Of a DNA stretch of 64,000 bases, positions 33,123 through 47,400 are shown one piece after another. Position numbers and translations under genes: made by a program. Source of the DNA: Takakia lepidozioides (Eukaryota > Plantae > Bryophyta); NCBI GenBank assembly GCA_030704615.1, contig CM060734.1, positions 34,162,001 to 34,226,000 on the forward strand, written 5' to 3'. The notes under the pieces are model-generated. The model saw only the letters and a program-made list of their open reading frames with translations, made no database searches and was not told the DNA's origin. Position 1 is the first letter of the stretch. Each line of letters begins with the position of its first letter.

Positions 33123-36100
33123 ATGTCGTTGCAGGGCATACACATTCCAACCTTAGCCCAGTGTCGTGGTGGGTCGACTGAGGAGGACTTCTTCAGTGGA
33201 TTTGTTATGGAGGGCCGGCCACCTCACCAGCAAGAAGACAGCGACCAGGAGAGCTATTTGGCGAGGATTCTGCGGACACTTGACCAAGAGACTGCTGTGT
33301 CTCAACCAGCACCGGTGGTTTCATTCGAGCGATCTACATCTTATACAGCGGGAGAGACCTATAGCCAGAATATACACTATCCTTCTTCCTCGTCCCAGCG
33401 GATCCCTTGGCATTTTATCGACTCATCGCCCGACACAACTTTTGTGACAAACCCGCAAGCTGGACAGCAACTCTTTGCAGGCGTTGCGCCAAACTGGCGA
33501 CCCACCCCGGCGGCTAGCCATACGATTAACTTCCAACAAGACCTACTCTCTGATGAATCGTGGTTCAATGAAGACTTCGAGCAACGGACAAGCAAGCATG
33601 TAACCGTACCATCAAGCCAGGCAATGCCAGATGTTAGCCCAAGCTATCCCAGGTTTGAGTCGCTTTATCAGGACCCACGTCAACCGTTTGGAGGACCCAG
33701 TGGGGAAGGCAGCTCTCTCAGTGAATTCAAACCCTTAGAAGTGGAGTATCGATCCAATGTGCAGGGATCCCAGTCGGCACAGGGGATTGGGCAGTCCTTA
33801 GAAACCATGGCACCTCAACTTCAGCGAAGCACGCCTGTATCGGAACCGCTTTATGCAATGTTGAGCGAAGCACAGCCTGCATGGGATCAATTATCAATGC
33901 TCCCCTCTCGGCTTCTTGAGGCCTCCCTACCATATACGTCCGCGGTAAGCTTGCCTCATCGTGCCCCATCTCCATTATCCGTAGCTGGAACTACCAACTC
34001 TGGTACACCGGTCTCCGATTCCCTGTCGTCCTCAACCAGCGAGGGACCAGATGAGTTAGACAGCAAAAATATCCAGGTACCTGGAGGAGGGTCTGCTGGT
34101 GAGGCCACGGCCATGTCTAAGAGCAGTGGGAAAAGGAAGACGCCAGAGCTGGAGGAAAGTGAAGCCGAACGGGATGCAAAACGGCAGCAACCGATGTAAG
34201 CGAATTCGTCCTTCCTATTCGTTCATGCCATGTCTCTTTTGATTGCTGTCTTGAGAGTTTGAACATTGCTGAAAAAGGGCAGAACAGAGGGTTTAGTTAG
34301 TCTTTATAGTTGCTGCCAGATGAGTCTTTATACAGCTAGAAATGCAAGGAGACATGATTTTGAATATGTATATGAAAGATGTACAGGAGCTGTATTTTCC
34401 TAGATTCGAGGGTGAGCCTTGAGGTCACTTGAATCCTTCGAGCAAGGGGCTCTTAACCGAACTATTATACATCTGCCACAAAAAACCAGGCCATTTCCAG
34501 TTTCTTCGATTTGGTCGACCACAGTATTCTCGTTATGAAGGATACAGACCGACAATGTTGCTAGGATAGGCGAGGTTGATGTCAGGCACCTGGGATATCA
34601 GCTCTCTAGTGTCTTCTCTTGAGTCCACCATTTATTTTTTCCGGAGTTCCTCCAGGGATTCATTGCGTGCTCTCTGGTTCCTTCATCCCTACATTCTTAA
34701 GAGATACGTTTTCTACTCTAACTGGACTTTCTCTGTTTCTTTAGACTGCTTCTGCGCCGTTTCCCTTGTCGAGATTAATAAAGCGACTGAAGTTCTGGTT
34801 AGGTCTGGGTACAAGACTTGTTTAATGCTGATTGTTATTTTGGAGGGCACTCATCATCTGCAGAACTAGGCAGCGTAAGAAGGCTGGGATGAAGAGGGTG
34901 CGAGAGCCCAGATATGCTATCAAAACAAGGACTGATGTCGACATCATGGATGATGGCTTCAAATGGAGGAAGTATGGCCAAAAAGCTGTGAAAAACAGCC
35001 CCCATCCAAGGTACCTGCAATGATCATTCTGGTGTGGATACATTGGTCAGAACTAAGTTATCTAGTAATATCTAGAATTGAACGAATTTGACACTCTTCT
35101 CTGTCCAAACCCTCCTTCAAAAAACGGATCTCCTTAGATATTTTCATGAAAGCCCGTACTCCATAAATGGGTTGTTTCCCTGATCAGAGAATTTGCAAGA
35201 AAAAACATCTTGCTTAATTTTTCTTGGACAAAAGAAACACTAATAATCAGGAGAGATCATGCAGCTATTAACCCGAGTACATTGTTCTACATGCATACCT
35301 TGAGTCCAGTGGAATCAGTTGATAAACGTTCTGAATACCATGGTGCTTATATAGAATCTATGGTTTTTGGACATGTTTCATCGCATAGACGGTCTCCAGC
35401 TTTCAAGATACTTTGAATTGGTTTGAACTCTTGAAACTGCTACTTGAATGCAACTCCCGGAAAATGTACGGTTTAAGAACTGGTTAAAATTTTCTAGAAA
35501 TTTGGACATCTGATTTCTGCTTGCACATATTATCATGTCTGTAAGTATTTCTGGTCTAGCAAATACATGTTGGAGACATCATGCATTGTCTGGACTTCTT
35601 AGCTGACTAAGTTAAACTTCTATACATGCAGAAATTACTATAGGTGCACCACACCCAATTGTCCGGTTAGAAAGCGCGTTGAACGTTCATTTGAAGATCC
35701 TGCTTTGGTGATTACAACATATGAAGGCACACACATACATGAAACTCCAGGGTTTCATCGTACTCCAGCGGGTGGTTACTTTGGCGGTTTTGGTAGTGGA
35801 ATGATTGCGCCAGGTCAAAGTCTCTTGGCTCCCTACGTCACCCTTGGCAGCTCAAGCCAGCACCCTTTTTTGCAAAGAGGAGTTAATATGTCAAGTTTAC
35901 TGCAAGCCCAGGGTCCACGCCCAGCCTTAGGCGGCAGTGCCTTGCAAGAACACCCCCCACAACTTGGGGCCTTGCAAGAGAGCCTCCTTAGAGCACACCA
36001 GTTACTCAGGTTGCAGGAACAGCTCGGATCTGTGAAGCAGGAACCATTTCAATTCGCAGCTCAGGATATGCTTGCTAGATCAGACCAGCTACACTTACGT

Positions 36101-36481
36101 AGACATGTGTTGGATACTTCGGAAGAACAAAGTATTGGGCAAATTGGAGATCTCGAGCTTAGAAGTGCTCCCCCCGGCTTAGCTACAGGCATAGATTTCT
36201 CTAGTCTACCTCAGCAGATCACAAACATCAGATCAGACCAACTCAACACATATAGACCTCAAAATCAGACACTAGGTGGTAGCCATTCATTCATTGGCCC
36301 TGGTGGCCAGCAAATTATTGTCAGAGGTCAGGATCTCATAGGAGGCCAACAAGGCCCCAGAGATACCACTGAAGATCAGTTACGTAGTGTTAGTCAGGAG
36401 AATGCGGCAACAACTGATCATGAAGGGCTTCTTGGGGATCTGGTCCGACCTGCCGATCCTCATACAGGCAGACCTTTATAA
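33123..36481 (+). CDS. WRKY: Group IIc-type WRKY transcription factor, 3 coding exons (33123 or 33207-34195, 34864-35010, 35632-36481)
   Basis: [40 protein letters not shown]|[36 protein letters not shown] (C-X4-C-X23-H-X-H), with the canonical phase-2 intron in the PR codon. GT-AG junctions join in frame. Start codon ambiguous. Confidence 0.93.
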
Positions 36482-39021
36482 GAAACTATTATAGATTTGC
36501 AGATTTGGCTGCAGGTATGTTTGGTTATGTACAAGCAGACTCCACTAGTTCCTCCCTTTGCCCTCACTCTGTCTCTCCTCGGTCTAGTGCCTCTCACACG
36601 GTCTCACATTTGAGTTGATTGTCTATCCGGATATAATAGCACTTCTACTGTGCAAAACAGGTAGCTAACAATTCACAAACGACGTAGAGATTGTTGACTC
36701 ACCCACTTTAAAATTAGTAGAGAAATAGAAACAGAGTGGCCGTGTACATTCAATGTAACGTAACTTCGTGTTCTTTTGGTAGCCTGCATATTTTTGGCGC
36801 CTTATTGCGTCAGATGAAATTGTCTATCCATAACTTTTGTTCTTATAATATATCAGTAGTGATGGATAGGCAGTTTCCACAATCAAATGGCCCAGGTGGT
36901 CTTGGGTTCAAAAGCACACTCGAACCTTCACCCACAATTGGCAACCGGGTCAACCGATGGGTTGAAGTGTAATTCAAATCCTTGGGAGAGGTTTGGGCAA
37001 CCGTGTTGCCCCGGTTTTGTCCAGGGGGCAGCAGGGCCAACGAGAGGTGGGGGCCCAGCCATTGAGGACATTGCTATAGACATAATCTATGCCCGAGTGA
37101 TGGAAGAGTTTGAGTGAGAAACAGCGTTGAATCTAGAAGAACGAAGAAGGGCGAATCGGGCCGATGAACCAGATGAACCCAATTCACCGTGGATGAGTAT
37201 AAGGGTTTACTAGGGATATTTTCGTTTTATGGGTTTTTGAGAACCAGAATTTCAGCCTTGACCAAAAATTGAGGGGTTTTCAAATTTTTGTGGGATATAT
37301 ATTATGTGTTCATTGGGGGGGTTCAAAGTGCTTTCGTTACAAAGACTTTCAAAAATGATGTTTGCCTCCGGCTATGGAAAATGACTAAATTTCCAAATCT
37401 CTCTGGTGAGGGAATGACTCCCATTACACCTAAGCCACTGCCAAATTGTGCCCACATCGGAGGGTAAAATGTGAAAACTTGGCCCCGGGAGTGGCCTGAA
37501 CTGGTGTCCCACTCATCAGCCTGTGACGTGTTTTGGTCCGGTAGACACTTCCGGCGTCCACTGAAGGCATGGCAAGGCACCGGTGGGTGGCCGGAGGTCT
37601 ACCGCCGGCAATGCCAATTTCATATTCTGGCAAGCACGTGGCCCGCGTAGGGCTGGCCATACATGTAGTAACAGTCAACGCTGCATGGCCCCCATCCATG
37701 CAAATGAATTTGGAGCTCTTAAATTTTGGAAATTTGTGGACGTGGAAAAATCTCTTTGAATGCATCGTGCCAATTGGAGCACCTCTGCCATGTCATCAAC
37801 TGTAATATTGCTGCAAGAACAAACTAAAAATGTTAACATCGCGAGCATAATTTTGCATGTTATGTGAAACGCATTTTGGGTTAATGTTTAGAATTCGTAG
37901 GAACCATAAATGGCACTTGATTAAGAATGTTTACATTGTGTTCTGAAGCAAATTTCCCACACAAAATCCTTTGATGATAAATTGAATAAAAACATGAAGC
38001 ATGTGAAGAACCAGATTCCTCTCTAGTCTTTATTCCCCATCAATGAATGTTATAACTCTATGGGGATGAAGGTGACTGTTACAACGGATGTGTCAATGAT
38101 GAGCCTGAAATCTTGTCTTATATTAACCGCTAGTAGTATATTAATAGCCTTGATGGTGGCCTATCTGTCATGGCATTTGGATAACAATATGAGGAGCCAA
38201 TGAGTGATAGCCATCTGGCCAGGCAGATAAAGGATGAAAAGACTATTTAATCAAGGGGGTCAGAGCCTTGGGGTGCTGGTTTTGGGAGCGTTCATCTTTG
38301 TGTACCTGTGTGGATGAAAGTGTCTTAGTATGCTGTGTGTGATTAAGTTTAGGGAATCGTCCCTTAGAATCTGCAGTCCTCTAGAGTAAGATCCCTCATC
38401 CTATGCATGCTCGCTCTACTGTAGCTATACTCCCCCTTTATGCGCCTCCACCACAGAGGAAGGGAATCTCTGGTGGGCGCCAAAATCTTGGTGGAGACGG
38501 GTCGCAAGATCTCGTCAATCATCACCTGGACATTCTCTGTTGGTACGACAGGTAGAAGTAGGCTGATGGCGTGACAATGGCGGCGCCTTCCCGTACATGT
38601 TTGTTTTTGCTTCTAGCTACTGTCGTGTTTCTTTGTGTCTTTGTGATTCACTGTGTTGTTGAGCTTCACAGCAATGGCGTCTTCATCGCGCACTCCCACT
38701 GAAGCTGAGCTCAACGCGTACAATGAGTCACCAGCGGGTAACTTTGAAGCAGTCTTTGCTGGGGTATTGTGTGACTCAGTTGATCCCAAGCTCATCGTGG
38801 AGGTGGACTATCATCCCTTTGGTGAACCATTTGAGCGGCCCGAGCTGGTTTTAGATACGCCCTCAGATCATTGGGTTCGTGAGTTCGAACTCACAGCTGC
38901 CAAGGAGGGCTTGAAGCCCACGCGTAACAAAAAAAAAGACTGTTGAGCAACGCCGCAAAGTCATTGAGGCACTGTAAGGTGCTAGAGCAGCAAAGCTCCT
39001 CCAATGCCTCTACACTACAGA

Positions 39022-41475
39022 TGTCGTGCGCATACATATCGCTACACAACTACATTGCTGTCCAAAACCACACAACATATGTGCACACCACAGTATACCA
39101 CTAGTCCACCACTAGTCCAGCCACTAGTCCAACCACTAGGCTGCCACTAGTCAGTCACTAGGCTGCCCACTATGGCAGTTACTAGTCCACCACAATGATA
39201 AAGAAGAAGAATACAAGTACAAGCTCATGCGAGCTCACAAAGCTGAAGCATAAACTCATGCATATATAAACTCATCACTCAAATACAAGTCAAGCCAAGT
39301 GCACTCCACGCCATGGGGAATCCACACTACGGCGCCATAGCTAGGCGCGGTGAGGCTCAACTCGAGACAGATGAGCCTCCCGCGCTTGCCGTGAAGATGA
39401 CCACCTCAGGGCCTAAATCTGCCTTGACCCCTGATTTGACACTTGGGCCAATCCCAAATGTCAATATGTAAAAGCTAGCTATTTCCTAGCTAGTTCACAC
39501 TAGTGGTGAAATAACTTGACAACTACCATGCGCATACATATCGCTACACAACTACATCGCTGTCCAAAAACCACACAACACATGTGCACACCACACACTA
39601 GTATACCACCAGTCCACCACTAGTCCAACCACTAGGCTGCCACTAGTCAGTCGCTAGGCTGCCTACTATGGTAGTCACTAGTCCACCATAATCGCCCCCT
39701 AGCTGGTGCTTAGGTCCCTCTAAGTCCAAATAGCCACAAGATGTGATAGTGACTGTAGCCTCACTAAGTCCTCCACCACTGTCCCTACTACAGTCAAACT
39801 CGATAGATCAAGAGGCCGGGTGCAAGAGTTGCCCCATCGTCAGTCGCCGTCTTGCAACCTGTGAACTTGAGCCTGGGATCTCGTGTATTGACTCCTATGA
39901 GCTCGGCCCCATATGTCTTGCTAGTTGCCACTAGTCATATCTACTACCACTATCCCAAGCAGTGTGGACATAACCAATTTCCATCAGGAACCCTCTCAAG
40001 AGGTGGTGTCAAGCATCCCATGTGCCCAACCTCTTGAGCATTGATCACACACCAACATGGTGGTTGCCCCTTTGGCAGACCCACAGAGCATGCACCTCAA
40101 ACCTGCAGGTACCACTGCCAAGTTTGGGTCAACTCTATCATCGACATTGAGGTGACATGGCGCACAATTACCCACATGGTCTTTCCAAATCATGTCATCC
40201 TGACCCTCCAAGATCAGGACTCCTGAGGGCAACACCTCTCAAACCCTCAGAATAACACGCCCTGCAGTGACATCCAGGGTCGTAGGAGTAGAGTGTTGCA
40301 AATAAACATAGTCACCAGGGCTAAACCTCCGAACCCCAAGACGATATCCTCCACCACGTATAGTGGCATACCTCAACATATCACGGTGTTGTGCAATGGC
40401 AAGGTTCTCAAAAGCCATGGGCATGACTTTCTTGAACAACTCTGCACGCTGATCACATGCACGTACCCATATGTCCGGATCGTCAAGGTTAAGGACTTGA
40501 GCAGTGTCTCTATGAATGGCTGTAGGCAAATCCGGCTCTCGGCCAAAGAGAAAAAAATATGGTGAGAAGGAGGCAAGTGATGCTTGTTTGCTGAACCGAT
40601 AGCCCATGGCTAACCAAGGTACCTGAAGATCCCAATCTCCTAGGTGTCATTTCTGCAAGCCATACTTGCGCAAACCTCTCTTCGCCGTCTGAACAACTCT
40701 CTCTGCCAAGCCATCGGCCTCAGGATGATCCCGAGAAGTGGTGCGGTGGTCTATCAAAGTTTTATCACATAAAGCCTGAAACTCCCCCAAGAACTCTCTC
40801 ACTTGGTCCGTGAGTACCTCAGCTAGAGCACCGAATCGGCTAAGCACACGATCCAAGAATACATATGTAGCCCCCTCACTAGCCTTGTTAGGCAATGGAA
40901 CCAACTCAATCCACTTGGAGAAGTGTTCCACCATCACCAACACATATCTGTGGTGGCGCATCGTCAGTGGCAACGGTCGTGCGAAGTCAAGACTCCATCT
41001 GTAGCTCAATCCCATGATTGGTAAAGGATGCAACTGTGGTGTAGGGGCGTTGAATGAAGCACGCACCCTATCACACACCATACACCTAGCCACGAACCGT
41101 TGCACCTCTGTGTGCATACCACGCCACCAATACTGCCCCTGCAGTAAACTGTGAGTGTGTCGCACTCCAAAATGCCCCAACTCCTAATGGGCATGCCGCA
41201 CTAATCGTGCACGCTGTGTTGGGTGAGGCACGATCCTCACCCGACCATTCTCCCACACTCGAAGCAGCTGTATCCCCTCCCACTTCAACCTCTTGGCTCA
41301 TTGCAGGATCCGATCCCTCTCCTTGGCAGTCACAGTGGCTGCCATGTCTCCCGTGCGGAGGTAGTCCAACACAGCCGAATCCTCATGTATATCTCTGGCA
41401 CCACCTGGCTCATCACTAGCCTCAGGGTCCTTAGACACTCCGTCTACAGTTATCCCTGTTGTAGGTCCAACCTGA
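39022..41475 (-). mobile_element. Element D2, 3' part (DNMT-Gypsy family): integrase, PHD finger, PPT, B-A-B terminus
   Basis: B at 39022-39195, A at 39196-39521, 2-bp spacer, B at 39524-39691, then PPT. The integrase ORF 40647-41180 is nearly identical to D1. The IN C-terminus and PHD span ~39951-40646. Confidence 0.9.
39951..40100 (-). pseudogene. PHD finger at the C-terminus of D2 integrase (1-nt frameshift)
   Basis: After removing one G: CMLCGSAKGATTMLVCDQCSRGWHMGCLTPPLERVPDGNWLCPHC, a canonical C4HC3 finger with W two residues before the last CxxC. Confidence 0.88.
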
Positions 41476-44400
41476 TGTTAACCGCTGGTTTATGACTTAG
41501 ACAAAACAAGCTATTAACACTACTGCCCATTTCCTAAGACATGCAACAGAGGTTGTCCAATGGTATGCTTTCAGAAACAATTACGAAGTAATCGTTTTAA
41601 GGATAGCTAAACTATGAACGTCGGAGGAAGCCATATCCTTGCAGACTGCTTAATCCTATTGATTAAGACCAATCTACAGTCTCTTAAGCATAAAAGATCT
41701 TAGTTGAAAGGACTGAAGCCTCTTGGTTCATACAAGCAGATGGTAGTCAAGAGAAAACAAGAACTATTCTGAGATGATACACTTTCTCACCATCTCACGT
41801 TCACTCTACACAGAGATACTTTGAATAGCATGGCTTTACTTCAGAGCTCGTCACATCATCACAGAAGTACACAGAATCACTCTGAGTCCCTCTAAATACA
41901 CATTGATCACTGATACTCATACTGCACACCCTCTAAGTTGCGTGCAGTCTTTTTATACTATGCTCGAAAGAGCCGTTACAGCCTGCGGTCGTTAATGACC
42001 GTTTGCCTAACTGCCTACGCAACCTAAAAGGTTTGCTAAAAAGTGGCGTTGTAGTGGTCGTGAGCCATAGTGGTAAACGGTCCACTACTCCCTCTATTGG
42101 TTAAAGCCGATGCTATCGTGACCGTGTGATATCGTGGTTCACGGCTCACGGATACTACACTACCCCTTACTGCTCTCGTGGTAATGTACCCTTGTCCCGC
42201 CATTGGCTAAGTACCGCGTACTTAGCCGTCTCTACCTGTGGCTCAGGTAGTGTACGTCCATCACTACCCAGTATGTCCCGTTGCGACCCTCGTTGTCTGT
42301 CCCTCGTAGCATAGCCGTTATCATTTATCCCCCCCCCTCTTTTGAAATTGTGTCCGCACAATTTCGTCAGTTCTTGTACTTGTTGTATCTCTTGGGGATG
42401 TAAGGTGGTGGCATGCTGTCTGCGAGGTAGGAAGTGCGTCCCAGGATTGTCGTGGTGGCAGCTTCTTGTTCCTGTTATCGTCACTGTTTGGTTGTTCCTC
42501 TAGTTCGTGAGTAGGCCAGCTTTCTTCATCAGGGTGTTCTGCTATCCTGTCTCCACGTACCATATCGATTTTGTTGGTCAAATTTTCGCGGTAGGTTTGC
42601 AGCTCCTCCTTGGTCCATGGTATAATGTGTTTTGTTGCCCTGCTGCCCATTAACCAGTTAACAGCTTGGACCCATGTTTCTCTGAAAGGGTGGTCTCTGT
42701 CCAATACTAATGGTGAAAAGTGGTCCTTCGCCTGGCGCCATGATTCAGCATAAAGTGGCCTATTCATATATGTTGAAGTGCCTGTGACTCTCTGGTGGCT
42801 GGAATTGGGTAATTCCCAGTGAGTATCTTTTTCAATACTCTCATAGCGCTGCCAGCTTCCCCTCATTGTCACGAACATGCGGTACAAGTAACTGCCAATA
42901 TAAAAACTTGGGCATCCCATCACAATGGTTACTGTCGGGGTAGGATTAATCTTCAATTGCCCCACTGCCCACATATAAGCTACCAGCTCATTGTATTCCA
43001 AAGGAGCTTGGCGCCAGAATTCAAGCAATTATGCCCCTGACCATGTCTCCTCCTTAGCCAGTGGTCTCATCCTATATCTCAGAGGAATAAGAGTTTGATT
43101 GAGAAGATGCAATTGACCCAATGATTTGCAGGGAGTTAAGGTTTTGAAAACCTTCTCCAGTATTTCTGGGATTTGGTGGGCTGGTACTACCATCATTTTA
43201 AAGTATTCCTCTGAATACTTTAACCACTCCCCATCCTGCTTGCATGGCATGATTTGGAAATCATCCACCGCTACTGAAGTTGATGCTACCAGGACACTTG
43301 GTAGTGTTACAGGGTTTACCTCTTGAGTAGATGGCCCTGCTGTGGCCTGTACCAGTGTTTGTTGGTTTGGTGGTGGTTGTGTTGTTGGTGGTGTTTGTGT
43401 TGGTGTTGTTGTTGTTGATTGTATTGGTGTCTCTCGTTCGTGATCTTGCTCCTCTTGATCCTCTTCGTCCATGAGTTCCTCTTGTTCTGGAATTGGTGGC
43501 AGGAACTCCTCATGAATGTCTGTCACCAATTTCGCCAACTGGCACTTCATCTGCCTCACCATTGCCCTGTTGAGTTTCTTCATCTCCAATTCACTCCCTT
43601 CATTCAACCAGGCTCTAGCTAAGGCTGCGTCTGCTGCATCCAACCCTGCTTGCAATGTCAGCTTCTCCAGCTGCTGCTTCCATTCTTGTTCATTGCCCAT
43701 GGCAATGTCTCTTTCTGTGGTGGCGATAAACAGCCTGCTCTCAGCATTCTCCCTTTGCTTCAGCAGTGCAGTGTTGTTGAGCCACTTGGTTCCCTGATCT
43801 CTGGCAGTCCTCAGCTGCCCCTTGAGTGTCTCCACCTGCTGCTTTAATGTTTGCACCTGCCCTGTGAGTGTTTCCACCCCTATCTTTGTTTTCCGAGATC
43901 TCTCTCGCTCTGCATCGAGGTCGGCTTGGACATGGCGTGTTTCGTCTCTCTGTCTTTCCCATTTTTGCTCCCACTCGTCTCTGCGTTGTGCCAATGTGTT
44001 GTATTGGCGGAGTAAGGTTGACTTTTGATCTTCTAATGCTGCAATTGTAACCTCATGGTTACATACTGTTCTTGTAGTGGCCAATTCCCTCTGGTGCTTC
44101 TCTTTGATGTGGTCTAAGATCATGTTCAGGTTTTCCGGGCTGATGTAATCCTTGGCTCTGTCCATACAAACTGTCAGTTGCCCCAATGCTTGTATTGCCT
44201 GTAGAATGACATTTTGTGGTGCTTCCTCCAACCCTGTGTTCCATGTTATTGTATCTAAAACTTGTTGTGCTAGTAGTAATTCCAAATTGGAATTTCTGTC
44301 TTGTTGCTGCTGACTCGATGCCTGTTGTACTATCTGCTGTTGCTGCTGGTCGGGTGCTTGTTGCACCATCTGCTGTTGCTGCGCCACTATGTCTCCCTCC

Positions 44401-47400
44401 TCTAATTGTGTGGCATCTGTGTGTGCTGCTTGCTGTGCTTCGGGTTGCCATGGCTAATTTCCATGGGCGTTGCTTCGTTGGTCTGTGGTCTGTTCCCTCC
44501 TTCTGGCTGTTGATTCTCCCCTTCTCTCTGTACTGGGGAATCAGCCGTAGAGTTGATGATGTCCTCTGCTGCTGCACTTGTGGTTGCTTCGTTGATCCGG
44601 GCTCTCTTTGCAAGTCCGCCCTCTTCTTCTTCCTGACATGCTGCCGTCTCACTTCCTTCTTCCTCCATTGTGTCTACCCGTTGCATGATTCCCAACGTCG
44701 TTTGTTCTTCGGCCGTTAGGTGTACAGTGTGTCGAATCATCTGGAGTAACAATGGAGTTGTCATGGTAATAGTCGCTTCCTTCTTCTTCTTTGTCAACCT
44801 GGTCAGTTCTTGAGTTAACTTCTTCAATAAGAAGCTTGCCCAATTCACGATTTGCCCATTGAAGCAAATCAACACTTGGTCGATTAGCTCCTTGGTACAT
44901 TAGCTATGGTTTTGCCTGAGGCAAAGCAATGTGCTAAGTACTGGGGCTATCTTCTTGAAGCCATGGTTTTTGCTGTGGCTGCATGTGTAACCTTGATCTG
45001 CTTGGTTGAGATTCTCAAACAAATCTGCAAGTACAAACCTTGGAGGTTTGTCAGTGTGCGGTGGTACGTCCAAACTGGGAAGGTGAAATACTTCCGCCAA
45101 GTACTTCTCTGTCAGCAGGATGTGCGTGTCGTGGACATTTGTGCTCCGAGTGCTGGTGTTGTAATTCTCCAAGAACTCCCTACATAGCTCGTCGTGCTTC
45201 AGGTTCCAGTCCAGCGTGGTGATGAAGTATCGCAGGCCAGGACTATCCAACGTCTCCTGTGTCTCTGTGTCTTGCTCAATCTTCCGCAACGCTGGGCTGA
45301 TTTTGAAATTGACTGCGCATAAGAAACTTGGTGCCTTCGCTTGGTGCCTGCCATTTCTCTTAGTCTCACAGTTGCTGTAAGGAATTGGAGCACCAATTCT
45401 TGTATCACAAGAAGTATGAAGCACACTGGAAGTTGTGTATACAGCAATTTCCAGTTTGCGGAAGAGAAGGTGAGGAGTTCGCTCCTGGGTTTAAGTAGGG
45501 GTTCCTCTCTGTAGGTTTGTCCTCTAACTTCTCTTGAGGTTCTCGTGGAGGTAATTTTGTCCTGCTGGTTGCCTAGGTTTAAAGCGTGGTTAGCTTTAAT
45601 TGTTGGGCCCAGGCATACCAAGAAGCATTTAGCCTCAGGTAACGGTTTTGAGAAAACTTCATCCCTTTTGTGCTTGATTTTCTTCCGTTGGTTTTTCTTC
45701 GTGATTTGTTTTTTAAAACTGATGGTCGTTGATGATTGTCCAGTTTCGGTCAGTTTATGTTCATCCCTCTGAGCTGTGTTCATCCACTTTGGTATGTGGT
45801 CCGTTTTTAGATGGGCGGCGTTGGCACAATACTTGCAGCTTGGTTTAATGGCTTTGCCCTTATCGTCCGCCGTCTTTTGGCAATCCGTTGGATTGCGCCG
45901 TCGTTCCGCCTCTGTGTTATGATCGAAGGGTAGTGGTATATGATTACCACTGTCGGTGGGGTGATCTGAAGTGTACATCTCGGAATTTAACACAAGCAGT
46001 GACTCGTTGGCCGTTCGTATTCGTTCACTGTTCTGTAGGGCATATGTGTTGGCCACGGTTCACCATACGGTATACGGGGTGGTAATGTTGTCCTCCAGAT
46101 AAATGGTGGTCTAGCCGTCGTGGTGCCTTGAATTCGTGTTGCCACTGTCTTAGTACATGCTGATTCACCGTGTCGTGATGAATGTAGTAGGCATTGGTGG
46201 TTTCGCGCTCCTCCTCTTCAGTTTGATCTTTCTCGTTGGCGTATAAATCATGTATAAGGGTTTTGTCATGTATTCCCTGGTAGCCTTTTAACTTGTTAAT
46301 ATTAATTCGTCCCACGAATTCTTGTTCCAAGGTTTGCAAATCAACAGTTCCATTGTCATGGACCCTTTTGATTTGAAATGGTCCCATCTATGGCATTTTC
46401 AATTTTCCGCCCAGTTTGATCTTCTTGATTTTTGGTAACCATAATACAATATCCCCGTCCTGGAAAGATTTCTCTTTCCCTTCGGATGTTCTTTTCCTTC
46501 GTTGTTCCTAGATCCGTGCCATATTATCTGCGGCATCTGCTCGAATTTCTTCCAGATGGAATAATTCATATTCCCTGACTCGTAATGATTCTTCTAAGCC
46601 CCATCGTTCATGAGTTCCGGTTTGTAGTGTGGGTATCATACATTCAATGGGTAATAGTGCCTCTGCTCCATACACCAGTTGAAATGTGTATGCTTCGTGG
46701 TCACCTTGTATGATGTCCTGAATGCCCATAGTGCTGTGTTCAATTTGGTGTCCCAATCTGTACGATTGGCATTTACTATCTTGGTTAAGATAGTGCATAA
46801 TATTTTGTTGGTAGATTCGGCCTGACCGTTTCCTTGAGGATAGTAAGCAGTACTCTTGTGATGTACAATCATGAACTCCTCCGTCAAGCATTTTATAGCA
46901 TCATTTATGAAGTGTGATCCCTGATCACTGACGAATTCCAGTGGGCAACCAAATCATGTGATGATGTTTTCATATAAGAATTTGGCTATTGATCTGGCAA
47001 TGTTGTCTCTTAGTGCCTTGGCCTCTACCCATTTGGTAGTGTAGTCAGTGGCTGTGAGGATGTATTGGTTTTGTGTGTACCTTGTTGGAGGTTTAATGGG
47101 TCCCACGAAGTCTAGCCCCCAGCGCTGAAATGGTTTTGTTGGTAGTATTGGGTGCAGAGTCCCCTTCCCCGTTCGTTCTACTAGTCCCATCCTCTGGCAG
47201 ACATCACACTGTTGACAGTGTTCATAAGTATCTCCAAATATAGTAGGCCACCAGTAGCCTGCTAGTAATATTTTCTTTGCTGTCAGGTCCGAACTGAAGT
47301 GTCCACCTGCAATTCCTTCGTGTAGTTCTTGCATTACTGTTTTGGCTTGGTCTTTGTTTACACATCTTCTCATTATGGAGTCAATTCCTCTTTCGTACAA

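Noticed and set aside
36870-39000. Possible degraded DNA transposon, or a gene including ORF 38653-38946
   Set aside because: No recognisable domain, termini or splice structure.
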